A DNA stretch of 64,000 nucleotides. It comes from Eutreptiella sp. 'Long Island Sound 2002' (taxonomy: Eukaryota > Protista > Euglenida). Position numbers and translations under genes: made by a program. The notes under the pieces were generated by a model. It saw only the letters and a program-made list of their open reading frames with translations. It had not been told where the DNA came from and searched no databases. Positions 51,401-63,085 of the stretch are shown here, piece after piece. The stretch spans positions 19,344,001-19,408,000 of the forward strand of contig OZ038379.1 in NCBI GenBank assembly GCA_964036045.1. The letters are read 5' to 3'. Numbering within the stretch: the stretch's first letter is position 1; every line of letters starts with the position of its first letter.

Positions 51401-54400
51401 AGCCGGCATTTTTCAATGAGTCAACACCGGTTTACATGGACACAGATAGGTGGGATCCAAATGCATCTTCGTGCAAGCAGCCGGCATTTTTCTTCAGCGG
51501 TGTAGGTAGCTACCAACCGCGCATGTAGTGGTTGTGCTAGTCCTAATCCAGCAGAGCAGGTGTTTGAGTTTCCAAGATTTGACGATAGACTGAGCTCAAT
51601 AGTTGCATATTTGATGAAGGTTGCGGGAGATAAGCTCAACAGTTGTAGCTGTGTTTCATTAGGGAGAATTCCAGGGTGATTTTTTTGTGAAGGGGCAGGG
51701 TAGGAGTTACATTGGCAGGCATGCTGTGGAATTCTGATGCAGGCATTCCCAAGGTGGAAAGATGGAAGTCCAAAAAGGGCGGGGAGAGGGGGGCATAAGG
51801 GAGATGGTTGTTTTGGATATTGCAATGTATCAGCTGCTGTGAGTTTTTTGGCTTTATGGATCTCAAATGCGATGCTTTGGGGTCCCCCGCATCCGCCCCC
51901 CCCGGTGGACTCCTCCGCCTACCTATGCCCTCTCCCCTGACCTAATTTCCGTTTGTCTTTCTATAAATCATTCAATCTGTCAATCTCATGAAGTCTCACC
52001 CCCTCCCCTCACCCCGAGGGCTCAGTTTGGACCCCCTTGGCAAACCACCTACGTTGTTAGCGTCAAGCATTTCAACGGCTCCGTCCCCCTCCGCCCCCTG
52101 CATTTTTCACTCCACATGTGGACATCTAAGTTTCTGTTTCTTCTCAGTCTCATCGTTCTTATGAATTTCACGGTTTTCTGGGCATTGCATTGCGAGCTTG
52201 GATCCTCCTCTTTCTTTTTTATTCTCAGTTCAGTCGGCATTTACATTTTGGGTTTGACTATTGGTGGTGTTGTATTTGATCCTCAGTGTGCAATCATATT
52301 GATGACAACAGAGACATTGCAGGATTGAAAGTTCGACGACCATTTATTATCTATGTTTCAGAGAATTTAGTGCATGTGCGCAAACTATATTGTGCACCGC
52401 TCGAGTGCGGTGGACAGCCGCTGCTGAGGACCCCCCCAACGGGCGACACGAGCAACAAACACGCCAGGCTACCCCGCAAAGGGTCTGTGGACCGTGGCCA
52501 GCACTAGTGGAGTCCTCGGCAAACCCCACTTCAGTAAGCTCAAGTGCGGCAAAACCGCCCGCCCAAGCAAGAGATCCTCGCTCATTGCAAGGGGGCCAAA
52601 GCACACTTTCTTTAAGTGTGTACTTATCCCGTCTCGCAATAGAAAGATGCCTTTGGAACATGTACCATTGGCAGTCTTTCTTCTGCAAACGCTTGCTGCC
52701 GTCGCTCCTTTGAGTGCGTTAGTCGCTGTGCAGCAATCCCACGGGAGCTTTTTGGGCAAGCTTGAGGTTTGTGATGGTTGATTTTCCACAGAAGAATTTT
52801 CTCCTTGCAAAGAAGTACCATGTTGGGGACCATGGCGTGCAGATACACTGTAAAGTGTGGTGTACCGCTTGATGGAAATCACACACCTAGATTTTGTACC
52901 AGAGAAACAGCTACATTGGTGCAACCCCTGCGAAGAAAAAGGCGCCGATTGGTCTGCTTCTGTGGTCCGGTGGTGCCTCCAGGAAGCATCCAAATCCTGC
53001 GAATTCATATTCGGAAACGGTGTGAAATGTTCTTATCTTAGACAGCAAGATGTGGGCTATAGGGCAAGTGCAAATCCACCAAGACTTTTCAAATGGCGAT
53101 TAGACTGTGGAGTGCAAACACAACGGACATGGTCTACTGGATCTGAAGTAAATTGCGGCAGCACAGTGTGGTGTCTTTCGTCTAAACTAGTGATCATGTG
53201 CTGCCAGGCCTGTTTCAGTCTGGTGATCTACAACAGAAATTCAGAATCAAAGAACACAGGCAAAAACTGATGGCAAACTTTGACGAAGAGCAGAAGTGAG
53301 ATGCCCAGCTGGCAGATGGCGCGCGTGTCAATCAGTGCAGCACAAAACTCAGTGAGGACATTGCATTTGCATGGGAATGCACCAAATTGAATGAGGCTAA
53401 TTGGTGATTCTTTCAAGAAAACTGGTCATTTCGTTTTGTTGTAGCTGAGGGTATCCTTTCACGCATGCTTTGTTGGCTCAGTGATCTGCCACGTGAGCCA
53501 CCCTTGTGCACCCCCACAAGCGCCTGTTCTGGGTTTAACTCATCCCTGATAACTTTCCTAAGGCCTTGGGGTTGCATATTGCAATGCAGTTTGCACGGGC
53601 AACAAGATAATGCGAAGGCGGTGTCCAATTTTCAAACTAGGTCTATGTTTTGGCAAATGAGGCTGTGATTGCTCCACCTTGACAGTCACAGTCACACGAG
53701 CCGGCACAGCACACTACACAAGAGCTGGAGGGGCTCAGAGATGTCAGAGGCAGACGGAGACACACAAGGGGAGGCTGCCGAATGGCATACACTAGTGGCA
53801 GATTGTACCCGGAGAAAAGAACTGCTCTGTGAATGCATGTCGTGAAGGCGGCTCATGATAGAAGGCTATCTAGAATCGACGATGCGCTGTTGTATCCAGT
53901 TTTCGTTGCGAATACTCTTCCCAGTAGAAAAGGGCTTGAGGTCATAGAACACTGGACAATGCGCATCCTGAAGCATCTGCGGGCTTGCTACATGGAATAG
54001 TCGGAGGGAACGTTGGTTGCAAAGGGTTTTTGGGATGGATGGGGCATGGGGTTGATTTCCGGGAAGGTTGCGAAAAGCTGTGCTGGCTACGCCCATGCCG
54101 TGGAGGCTGTGTGGGGATCACTGGATCACTCGCTGTTCGCTAGTGCCATTGGACGTGACCTCACTTGTCTCAATATCCTCGGGACCGGGCCATCCCTACC
54201 TCCGAAACAGAAACGCGTACGCAGAGTCCTCGTCCAAGCAGGCCTTCCCCCGACCAGATTTTTCAAACATCCCCCATTTCGAGCAATTGGGTTACTTTTT
54301 TTGGTGGTCAACGAAGAGGAAAAATGGGAGGAATCCGCACTGTGTGTTGCATTCGCTACCACCGTGTCCTATCGGACAATCGTAGCAGTGGACAGCTTGA

Positions 54401-54493
54401 AGTTTGATTCCCAGAGTTGCGTATAGGGGTCCACAGAGCGGGAAGGAGGCAATTTGGCGACATAACCCCTACCATATCTGGGACGAGCAGAGG
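48428..54493. repeat. Macro-repeat copy 4, truncated and more diverged
   Basis: Homology ends at GACGAGCAGAGG (54493). It lacks ~1.3 kb at 53105/53106 and lacks the ~590-bp TIR element at 54261-54268. Confidence 0.95.
50900..51528 (+). pseudogene. Exon A, copy 4 (same 1-bp deletion)
   Basis: GATCGCACAATG at ~51245-51256. Confidence 0.6.
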
Positions 54494-54675
54494 CTGTTTA
54501 TGTTGAGGATGGCCTTCTTGCTGTAGCTGTTGCTGTTGTTCTTGTTGTTGCTATACCCCCCCCCCCCCCCTCGTGCCCAAGAACTGCCGTGCACAAGAAC
54601 CATCCCCTGTTCCACGGCGCTTCTCATGACACGACATTTTTTTTTGCACAGAATGGGGTTAAAGGGGGCGCCCTC

Positions 54676-55390
54676 AGCGCTGTGCGCGCACAGTGTGGGC
54701 GCAGTGCAACTATTTGGGCGTGTAGCTGTACAAAAGACCCATACTTTGTGATACTAGGGGCATCATTGTTGCCCCTAGCATAGGTTTTTATGCTTCTGGA
54801 TATGGCATTTTTGGATTTTCTCCCATTTTCACCCGATTCCACCCCTTTTCACACTTTCTTTTCACTCATCTTCACAATGGAATCCCACACTTTGGTGTGG
54901 GCCCTTGAGTTGGGGTGATGGACTCCACGCTTTGGCGTGGCCCCTTGAGTGGACATGACGGACTCCCCGGTTTTGCCTGCCCACATTCGAATCCCCTATC
55001 CCTGCTAATGAGGATGGGTGGTTGTACTGGAAGTCGAAATTGGAGGTTGAACTGGATTCCCTCGTGCAAGCCACTTTGCCCCCCGTTCCGGTTGAGGATG
55101 AGGTGGCCACATACGCTGCTTTGGGACTAGCTGGTAGGGTGAGTGAGCTTTCAATTGAACAAAAAAGAGGATATGTGTGTGGCTTTCCGCATTTTGCATG
55201 ATGTCTTATATAAAGGGAAGGTAGCTTGCATTTGTCTTGAGCTAGGGTAGTTTCGGTGACCTAAATCCAGGGCCGTTTGGGTAGTTGGGGTGGCCTAATT
55301 TTGAGGGTGTTTGGAAGGAGTCGGTATGGGGGTTCTTCATAGGGGAATCTAGTCTAAAAGTAGTGCGCAGTGCGTGCGCAGTGCAAGGAT
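54676..55390. mobile_element. ~700-bp dispersed element, copy 2
   Basis: Collinear with 8470-9155 (same blocks, same orientation). Confidence 0.6.
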
Positions 55391-57544
55391 GCCCCCATAG
55401 TGGCTCTGGTGGGTGTGGGGCAACAATTCACGCATGACTTTCATGTGTGTTACATGACTATGCATGCATGTGTGTATTTCGGTATTCATTTGTCCATGTA
55501 TGTCACTGTGAGCAAGGAAAGGGCACACATCCCCCAGTGCAACGCGCCGGAAAATTATTTTTCTGTGGTAGGGGCTGCTCATGGTCGCGTGCAAGAACCA
55601 ACCCCTGGTTCCACGTCACTTTTTGGCTTGTCCAAGACACCATGTTCATGACCCCCTCGGTACACTGGTTCTGACACAACTATCACTCAAATTGCTTTGA
55701 TGACTCGCAACCGTTCATAAATTGTCCAATCACCATTCCCTTCCCCACATGTCCGCTCTCCTTCGTCCTTTTCTCCGCAACAAGATTATGGAGCCACTCT
55801 AATGCCTACATTTGGCATGGCAATGTGAATGAATACCATCGGTTAGTGCCCAAGTTATTGATCTGTGCACAATTTTGCATTCGGAGGCAGGTCTGTTGCC
55901 CCCCCTTGGAGTGTGCTCTAGACGGTGGTATGGGGTGTCAGCCCGTTTTCTATGTTTTCTCCAACCGTTGGCAGGTTGGCCCACCTGTGGCTTTCTCCCC
56001 ATTTTCAGCACCCCTACCACAAGTGCAGACGCCACCCCTATCGTGCCATATTCCCCTCTACTATCCTCACTTGGGGACCACCACAGTTTGTGTGTTGGCC
56101 CCTGCCACTAGTCTACCACTGGCCCGGTTGTATGAGTTTTTCGATTATGCACTTGGGGCTCATGATTCTTCCGAGGGGTTTTCCGCATATCATTTGTCCC
56201 CTACATTACGGTGTTGCTCTTCTTCCTCATTCCACAGCAGGTTGCAGTCTTGGAGAACCGGGGGGAGGGGGGGGTTGGGGGGGGAAGAAGGGGAAAGTGC
56301 TTTTAGTCGACGCGGCGGAGGATGTCAACTGTTGCTGGGTGGGGGTGGTGGGGGGCACTGGTTCTCCAGGAGCTTGGTGTGCCCAAAATGGATGTCGTTG
56401 CTGCAACATACGGAGGTTTTGCCATATATGTGGCCGCAAAAATTGCGGCATATAAACAGTGAGGGAGGTCACGGTTGGTGCAGAAAGCAACATTGTCGCT
56501 GTAGCCACTGGCAAATCAAGAAACTGAAGGCAGCATTCATGGGGATGCGCAGCCGTGCATCCTTCAGTGCTCTTTCTGACTCCAAACATGGAGCAGTTTA
56601 AAAATCAGCTTCTTTAAGGTCTGCTCTGCCAACAACCCAGCGGACCCTTTAAGCAGGGTGAGAAGCTTCCCAACACGCTGGCTGGCCCAGCAAGAAGCAA
56701 AAAAGCGGATGGTGCAATGGGGACAAGCTGCTGACTAGCCGACGTTGCGGCAGGCAGACAGGGCGGGGACAGGCATGGGGCCATGGAGAATAAACCAATG
56801 AAGGCTTCGACTCCTTACATGTCCAAGTGATGGTCAGGGGTCTAGAAAACATGGTGGTGGGGATGAGGAAATAATTGTCCTTAATGTATTGGCCCACACA
56901 CCTCTCGGGATAAATTTGTTTCGGAAGCACAAAATATCACATTGGTTGTGCAATTTGAAGTAGCAGGGATGGTTTTGGAGTTGATTTGGTTGGAAGGGTG
57001 GCAATGTTCTGGTGTGCGTTGGGGAGGGGGGCTTGGGCCTTGAGGCTAAGGAGTAGGACAGTCGCCCAACAGTGGCGCTCCGGGCAAACCCTTCCCCCTA
57101 GCTACAGCCGGGGATGAAAGCAGTGCCTTTCTGTAATGTAAACAGGGCAGCACTGCTCCACTCCTTGCAAACGAGACATTAGGGGGGAGCGTCACTGCAG
57201 CACCATGAATCCACCGATTTTTCAGCTAGTTCCAATTTTTTCTGTAAAGACCATGTGGTCTAGCAGAGTACTGCGTCTGTTTTCCTCTGGCTGACCTGCT
57301 TACCTCCATGTGGCTGCCATTCGCTTTCCTTTGAGCTGCGGCCTCCTCCCTGGCTCCCTCTTAGCGCAACATCGAGCATTGTTGCCACACGCAGATGCAA
57401 TGTGTCTAAGATACCATGGCACACAGGATGTATCAGGCCGGGTGCTGGCGATGCCTGGGGCAGGAGAGGAGGAAGGGAGGGAGGGTGAGTTGGGGGCGCA
57501 ACCAAGTTGGCACCCAGACACTTTTGTTGCGTGACTGAAACTTG

Positions 57545-57571
57545 ACCCCACCGCATGCCTCCGCTCTGCAG
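57545..57571 (+). promoter_or_regulatory. Possible splice or trans-splice acceptor upstream of the thioesterase ATG
   Basis: C/T-rich tract ending CTCTGCAG, 26 nt upstream of the ATG. Function is inferred only. Confidence 0.3.
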
Positions 57572-57597
57572 TTTCTCTGTCGCTTGGCCTTTTCACA

Positions 57598-58686
57598 ATG
57601 TACGGTCCAGACGGCAGCCCTCGGTCCGGATCTGCTGTGCCTCCATCCCCGCAGCCGCTGTGGGTTCCTGGGTCCAGCACCCTACCTCCAGAATGCCACC
57701 GTGGGCACTTCCTGCCGGTCTCCAGCCGCCTGATTGTTGCAGTCACGTTCGCAATAGCGTTTGTCGTGCTGAGCACACTCGTCAGGCATTCCCACACAGG
57801 GGCCGCCGCACGCACGGACCTCACTCTGACAAGCCTTTTCGCTGGCCTCGCACACGCCCCGCACCAGCCCCCCGGCATGCCCCTGCGGACAAAGACCATG
57901 ATGACCGCGCGACGGGCGCTAGACCCGCTCCGCGTGCCACGCGCAACCCGACCCTGGGCCCCCGGTGCCCGCCACCTCTCCCGGTTGGCCGCCGGCAAGC
58001 AGTCGGTCCCGCAGGGGGTGATCCCGGACATTGTCCTGGCCCCCTTCGCGCCCCACACCGCCACAGTCATCTTCCTGCATGGGCTGGGCGACACGGGCTC
58101 GGGCTGGATGGACGCCTTCGAGGCTATCCAGCCGCTGCTGCCCCACGTCAAGTTCCTCCTCCCGTCCGCCGAGCAGCAGCCTGCGTCGCTGAACGGCGGG
58201 ATGCCGATGCCGTCGTGGTTCGACATTCAGAGCCTCACAGAGATGGACCAGGACCCCCACATGGGCCTGGACGAGACTGTGCGTCGCGTGCACATGCTCG
58301 TGGACCAGGAGACCCGGGAGCACGGGATCCCGCCGTCCCGGGTCATGGTCGGGGGCTTCGCGCAGGGCGGAGCTGTGTCGCTGTACGGGGAATAATCGTA
58401 CGACGCTGGCCTGGCGGGTATTCTGGCCCTCTCCACGTGGCTCCCCCGCGCCGGGCAGTTCGTGGACGAGGCCACAGAGGAGGCATTCGGCACCCCGTTC
58501 CTGATGTGCCACGGGCAGAGCGACGAGGTGGTGCAGTTCGCGTATGGCGAGCGCAGCTTCGCCGCGTTGCAGAGCAGCGGCCGGAACGGGCAGTTCCGTT
58601 CGTTTGAGGGCCTGGGGCACTCCCTCAACATGGACGAGCTGCGGGCGGTCCCGGACTGGCTGGTCCTGCGACTGCCTGCACAGTAG
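57598..58686 (+). pseudogene. Acyl-protein thioesterase / lysophospholipase (phospholipase-carboxylesterase family) homolog, intronless, with GFAQG and an in-frame TAA
   Basis: TATVIFLHGLGDTG, NGGMPMPSWFDI, SRVMVGGFAQGGAVSLY, LAGILALSTWLP, MCHGQSDEVV, FEGLGHS. TAA at 58393-58395 interrupts one continuous frame ending at TAG 58684-58686. The nucleophile position is GCG (Ala) at 58360-58362. Confidence 0.88.
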
Positions 58687-58899
58687 AGTCGTGCTCCATG
58701 CCCCTCTCCCCTTAAATCTTGCTGACAAGCAACAGCAACGCGCAAGCACGTCACCACTCCGTTTTGGCCATTCCTCCTTCCCAACACTTCGGGCTCTACT
58801 CTACTCTGGCAATCCTAGAGCCTTGGTGTTGGCCCTACCAAATCCAAATTTTGGGCCAAAAACTCACCAAGGGCGCCCTGGGGGAGCTTCAGCCGGCGA

Positions 58900-60127
58900 C
58901 ATGCATGGAGTGTCTGCACGGTGCGTGCTGCCGGTCCGAGGGAAGGCAGAGACTCAGTTGACACAAAACGCTGAGCACTGGCCGTGATATGATCCATCCG
59001 TCCGAAGTCACCCTCACAAAACAATGCGTGATGGTGTGGAACGGAGCGGCGGCTGCGCACTTTTGGTTCCTTAAGGCATGGGCCCACACTGCTTCGATGG
59101 GGGAAGTAGTCTGTGGCCAGCGCGCTGCACAAGCAGCCGGTTGGCGGTGGTACCGTCTCCGCCCTACACATCCCCTCATACAATGACATAGATCAACAAA
59201 ACAGACAACAGACAACAGAGATGGTATTGAACACTGGGCGTACTGTAAGATACCCCATCAGCCACACGTAGTGACAAAGGAGGGAAAATGCCAGGCGCCC
59301 ACCCCCATAGCCATGATGCCAGCCGGTGGGGCAGGTCCTAAATGGGGGCATCGTCACGGTGGCATCATGAGCGGGCTGACCATCTCTCGCGTTTTTGAAC
59401 CCGCCCCCTTCACCTCGAACCCAGCGGGCAGACACCCAATGCCCCCTATCCAAGCACGGAGGATTCCCACCTCAAAAGGCGAACAAGTGCGTACACCCGG
59501 CAGTATCAACCGGCATACTTAGTCAGCCTCTATGGCACCCCCCCCCCCCCCCACTCCACCCCACCACCACCACCTCTTGCCCTAACATAGGTGCTTGTGC
59601 TTGAAAAAGGGGAAGGTGGTTGGAGTGGGCGGGCTGATATCCAAGGGCTCATGTACTAAAGCCCACGGAGTTTGTTGTATATAAATTGACTCTGCCTTTG
59701 AGAAACATTTGGTCAGGCACAGAAAATGGAGGTTCAGCAGTTTCCTGATGCTCAATGATGCGCATCCCCTGGACTGCTTCAGTTTCAACTCCAGTTTTGG
59801 GGATGCTTGGGCTAACCTCACAAAGCCCTTCTATTGGCATGGGGAAAACAGGGTCCCACTGCACATACACTGTACATGTGGCACAGTGGACGGCACCGGC
59901 CTATTGGCAGCTGGTATTGATGCAGCAGAAGCAAGTAGGGGCCGACTTTGAGGGGGCGCGGGTGCACATGGGATGCCTGCATTGTGTGTGCTGCCACTTC
60001 GAGGGACTCGGTTGACACGAAACGCTGAGCACTGGCCTCGATGTGATCCATCCATCTAGAGTCGCCCCTCACGAAACGATGCGTGATGGTGTGGAACGGA
60101 GCGGCGACTGCACACTTTCTGGTTCCC
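58900..60127. repeat. ~170-bp diverged direct repeat pair (58900-59070 and 59965-60127)
   Basis: Shared GTTGACAC.AAACGCTGAGCACTGGCC...TGCGTGATGGTGTGGAACGGAGCGGCG.CTGC.CACTTT. Confidence 0.8.
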
Positions 60128-60259
60128 TGTGGCACTGACGTACAGGTTGTCTGGCTCAGCATGGCGTCAGCCTCTGTGAAAACCACTGCCGAACTGTGCA
60201 TCCTCATTAGTGCCCTGATACCAATGCGCCGCGATCTCGTTGGCAGAAAGGTACCTATG

Positions 60260-60900
60260 GTACTTAGTAGAAACCCATACTTTGTGGTACTTTGGGCATC
60301 ATTGCTGTTTGGTAGTAGGTTCTGATGCATTGGGGGTGTGGCATTTTTGAATGTTCACCCTGTTTCACCCATTTCTACTTTTTTGCACACATTTTTTACC
60401 CATTTCCGCCACATCTACTCTTTTTCTCAGTTGATTGATATGGTGATACACTTTGAGGGTGCCTGCTACACGACATCATATTTCCCTCCTCATTTCTCAG
60501 GCCCATTTTCTCCATGGATCTCAGTCATGGGGATAGGGTGTTCTACACCCGCTCCAATGGCCTGCGACCTCCTGCCACGGTGGTTGGGACTCCTCCACTT
60601 GGAATACTACCAAGATGGGTTGAGAGTGGTGAATCAGTAACGCAAGATGGAGTCCATCTCCTTTGCCATCTCAAGTTCAGACTCGCCACCTGATTGCCCC
60701 CCATCTCCGCTGCCCAACACACAGTCAAGTTCCCCCCCAAAGGCCCCTGGTCCTTCACCATGCCACAAGAACCGGGAAGGTCCCCCTCAAGGTCCCCTCC
60801 AGTCCGGTTTGGGTCGCCTAATTCTCAGGGTGTTTCCAAGGGGCGTGCCCAGGGGCTCTTCGTGGGGAACATAGTCTAAAAGTAGCGCGCAGTGCAAGGA
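60260..60900. mobile_element. ~700-bp dispersed element, copy 3 (left end eroded)
   Basis: AAACCCATACTTTGTG..GGGCATCATTG, TTCACCC and GTCTAAAAGTAGCGCGCAGTGCAAGG shared with the other two copies. Confidence 0.55.
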
Positions 60901-61624
60901 TTCCCCCCTTGTCGTCCAAAAAAATGAACATGGCGTATGGGCACCCCGGATCAACCTAGAATTGTGGCATGGACTGCCGTCGGCATATAGGCCCAAAAAT
61001 GCAGCGACCACCGGTCTTGCCGCGTCATCCCCTACTTCATGAGTCTCCGGAAAAATGGCCCTAAAAATTGATGCCAGGAAAAAGATGGATGAGGAGGTGG
61101 CAGCTTGCGACATCAATGACTGAAACTTCCAAGTCATTGGGCTCGTGACGGACAAAACAACCAGTAGAGGGAAGGGGGCAAAACCAGAGGTTGTAGGGCT
61201 GGAGACGGAGACGCAGGAGGGCAAAGAAGCACACACACCGAAAAGGCCACGGACAATGGCCAAAGGGGGCATGGACCCAATCCCGCCCCACAAAGAAGAC
61301 GGCGAAAGGGGACAACGAACAATCGTGGGAAGGCCAAGGAGGTTGTAGGCAAGGGAAACACAATGATGGAGGACAGAGTGCTGGGTTGAGAAAACGGCAA
61401 ACCAAACGTCTAAAACCACCGGCCGATGGCGGCCGAGGCAAAAAACGGGCGAGGGCCGGGATCACCCAAGGGGCTGAAGCACCACACATAGGCAAATATG
61501 CACACACAGAACACACATGACACAACGGGTGGACGAGAGTGGCGACATGGCAATCATTGCACCCACCCTGCTGGGGCGGTTTGGGCATATAGGCCGAGAG
61601 ACTTTATATGTTGTTGTGTGGGGG

Positions 61625-61900
61625 AAGGGGTAAGCACAACAGTCATTTGGGCTGGCTAGGCGTAGCCCCGGGAATTCGCAATGTTCTACAGCCCTGTCAC
61701 CAATGGAAATGGACAACGGGCTTCTTACATGCTTGCACCAAGTTCCCTTATTCGAAAAGAAACACTGTTGCCTTGCAAGTTGCCACGGAACAGCCCAACC
61801 ACACTTCAGCGTTCCGGTCCACAACGCTAGTGAAGTATGAAGAGTTGGCCCAAACCCTCATGCGGCACCAACGTTGGGATATGGCATTAGGAAGGCGTTT
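61625..61900 (+). mobile_element. Possible C-terminal restriction-like endonuclease remnant of a non-LTR retrotransposon
   Basis: GKHNSHLGWL...KFPY..RNTVALQVAT.....TTLVKYEELAQTL loosely follows RHN..., .PD..., IDV..., K..KY..L. Weak match. Confidence 0.25.
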
Positions 61901-63085
61901 CCTCCAGTCTGTACAATGCACAGAAAACTCCCTTCTGCACCCATTTTATAAAAGAGTGCGACAGTGTTACACAGCCCTGCACACCTCCATTGCTACTTCT
62001 CGTCGCCGCATCATTGTCCGGAGGCGTTAGGGGGCTTTCCTCCTTAGCTACTAAGACACACTGATGGAAACATGTAACACACGAAGAACCAAATTTTGGA
62101 TACAATCCCTACGTGCCTTGAGGCATCAATCAATGCAGGCGCTTCCAAATATTTCCGCACAACTGTTAAGGGAGAGCTGGTCCATTGTGGAGGACCTCTT
62201 CCGGGATACGGCAGCCACAGTACATCACCTCAAAAAGCGTTCACAACCCTGCAACTCCTGGAACTCAAAACTAAAACGAGTTTGCATGCCCCACGCTTCC
62301 CTAAAACCCCCAGAGTGAGACACTTCAGGGCAACGTCATCAAGTCCATGGCAGACAACAACCCTCTGCACCGCAACGTAGACCTCTTTCTTCGATACTGC
62401 TTATTCTGTGCATAGCACACCGCTGTTATTGACTCAGCCTTCCAGTTTGTTTTGTGCTCCATTAGCACACCGGGATGCCTTCGGGCGTGGCAGTTCCCAC
62501 TGCATTTCCTGGTATCAGATACAGCAGGTCCTTACTACGTGTAATGTCCGCTACCAGTGGGGCAATCGTAGCACTGGGCAGCTCTGATCCTTGATTCTGA
62601 GAGATTTCTCAAGTGTCTTCGAATGAGAAAGCTCTGGCAGCTCATCATGGCTTGACCACCCCCCCCCCCGAAAAAAGAAATAGGTGGTGGTGGTGGTGGT
62701 GGGTGCCAATCACTGGGCCCACTTGTTTCCGGCTGTTGCCCCTCGTTGCCTCCGAATGCCTGCTGCATGCCGGGCTAGCATGGCCATGAGCCATGCACAC
62801 CACGTCCTGCCGGCCGGCCAATCGACCACCTGCTACACCCGCGACCGTCTCGCTCCTCAGGGCAGGAAGGGCGCTCATTTGCTGATCCACCTTTGCAGTC
62901 TTCATGGCCGAGGCTCTGTCCGCACCGTAACCCATGGGCTACGCTCCGTGATATAATACCCTTCCATTCATGCGCCCTCGCACCCAAGGCACATGAGGTT
63001 GCCCAGCTCTAAGGCGCTCGGAGGCCGCAGGTTTCTGCTGCGGGCCTACCTCCTCTCGCTCTGTGTGTGCTCCGCGCTCGCATAG

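Noticed and set aside
19749-54493. rDNA, 5S or SL-RNA tandem unit
   Set aside because: No conserved rRNA, 5S or spliced-leader sequence was recognised in the unit.
58393-58395. Genome-wide stop-codon reassignment (TAA/TAG = Gln) explaining the in-frame stops
   Set aside because: The thioesterase ends at TAG where homologs end, the internal TAA is at a normally hydrophobic position, and TGA stops also interrupt decayed frames. Mutational decay is the simpler explanation.
57300-58787. Overlapping 186-350 aa ORFs on other frames and strands
   Set aside because: Shadow ORFs of the GC-rich thioesterase gene.
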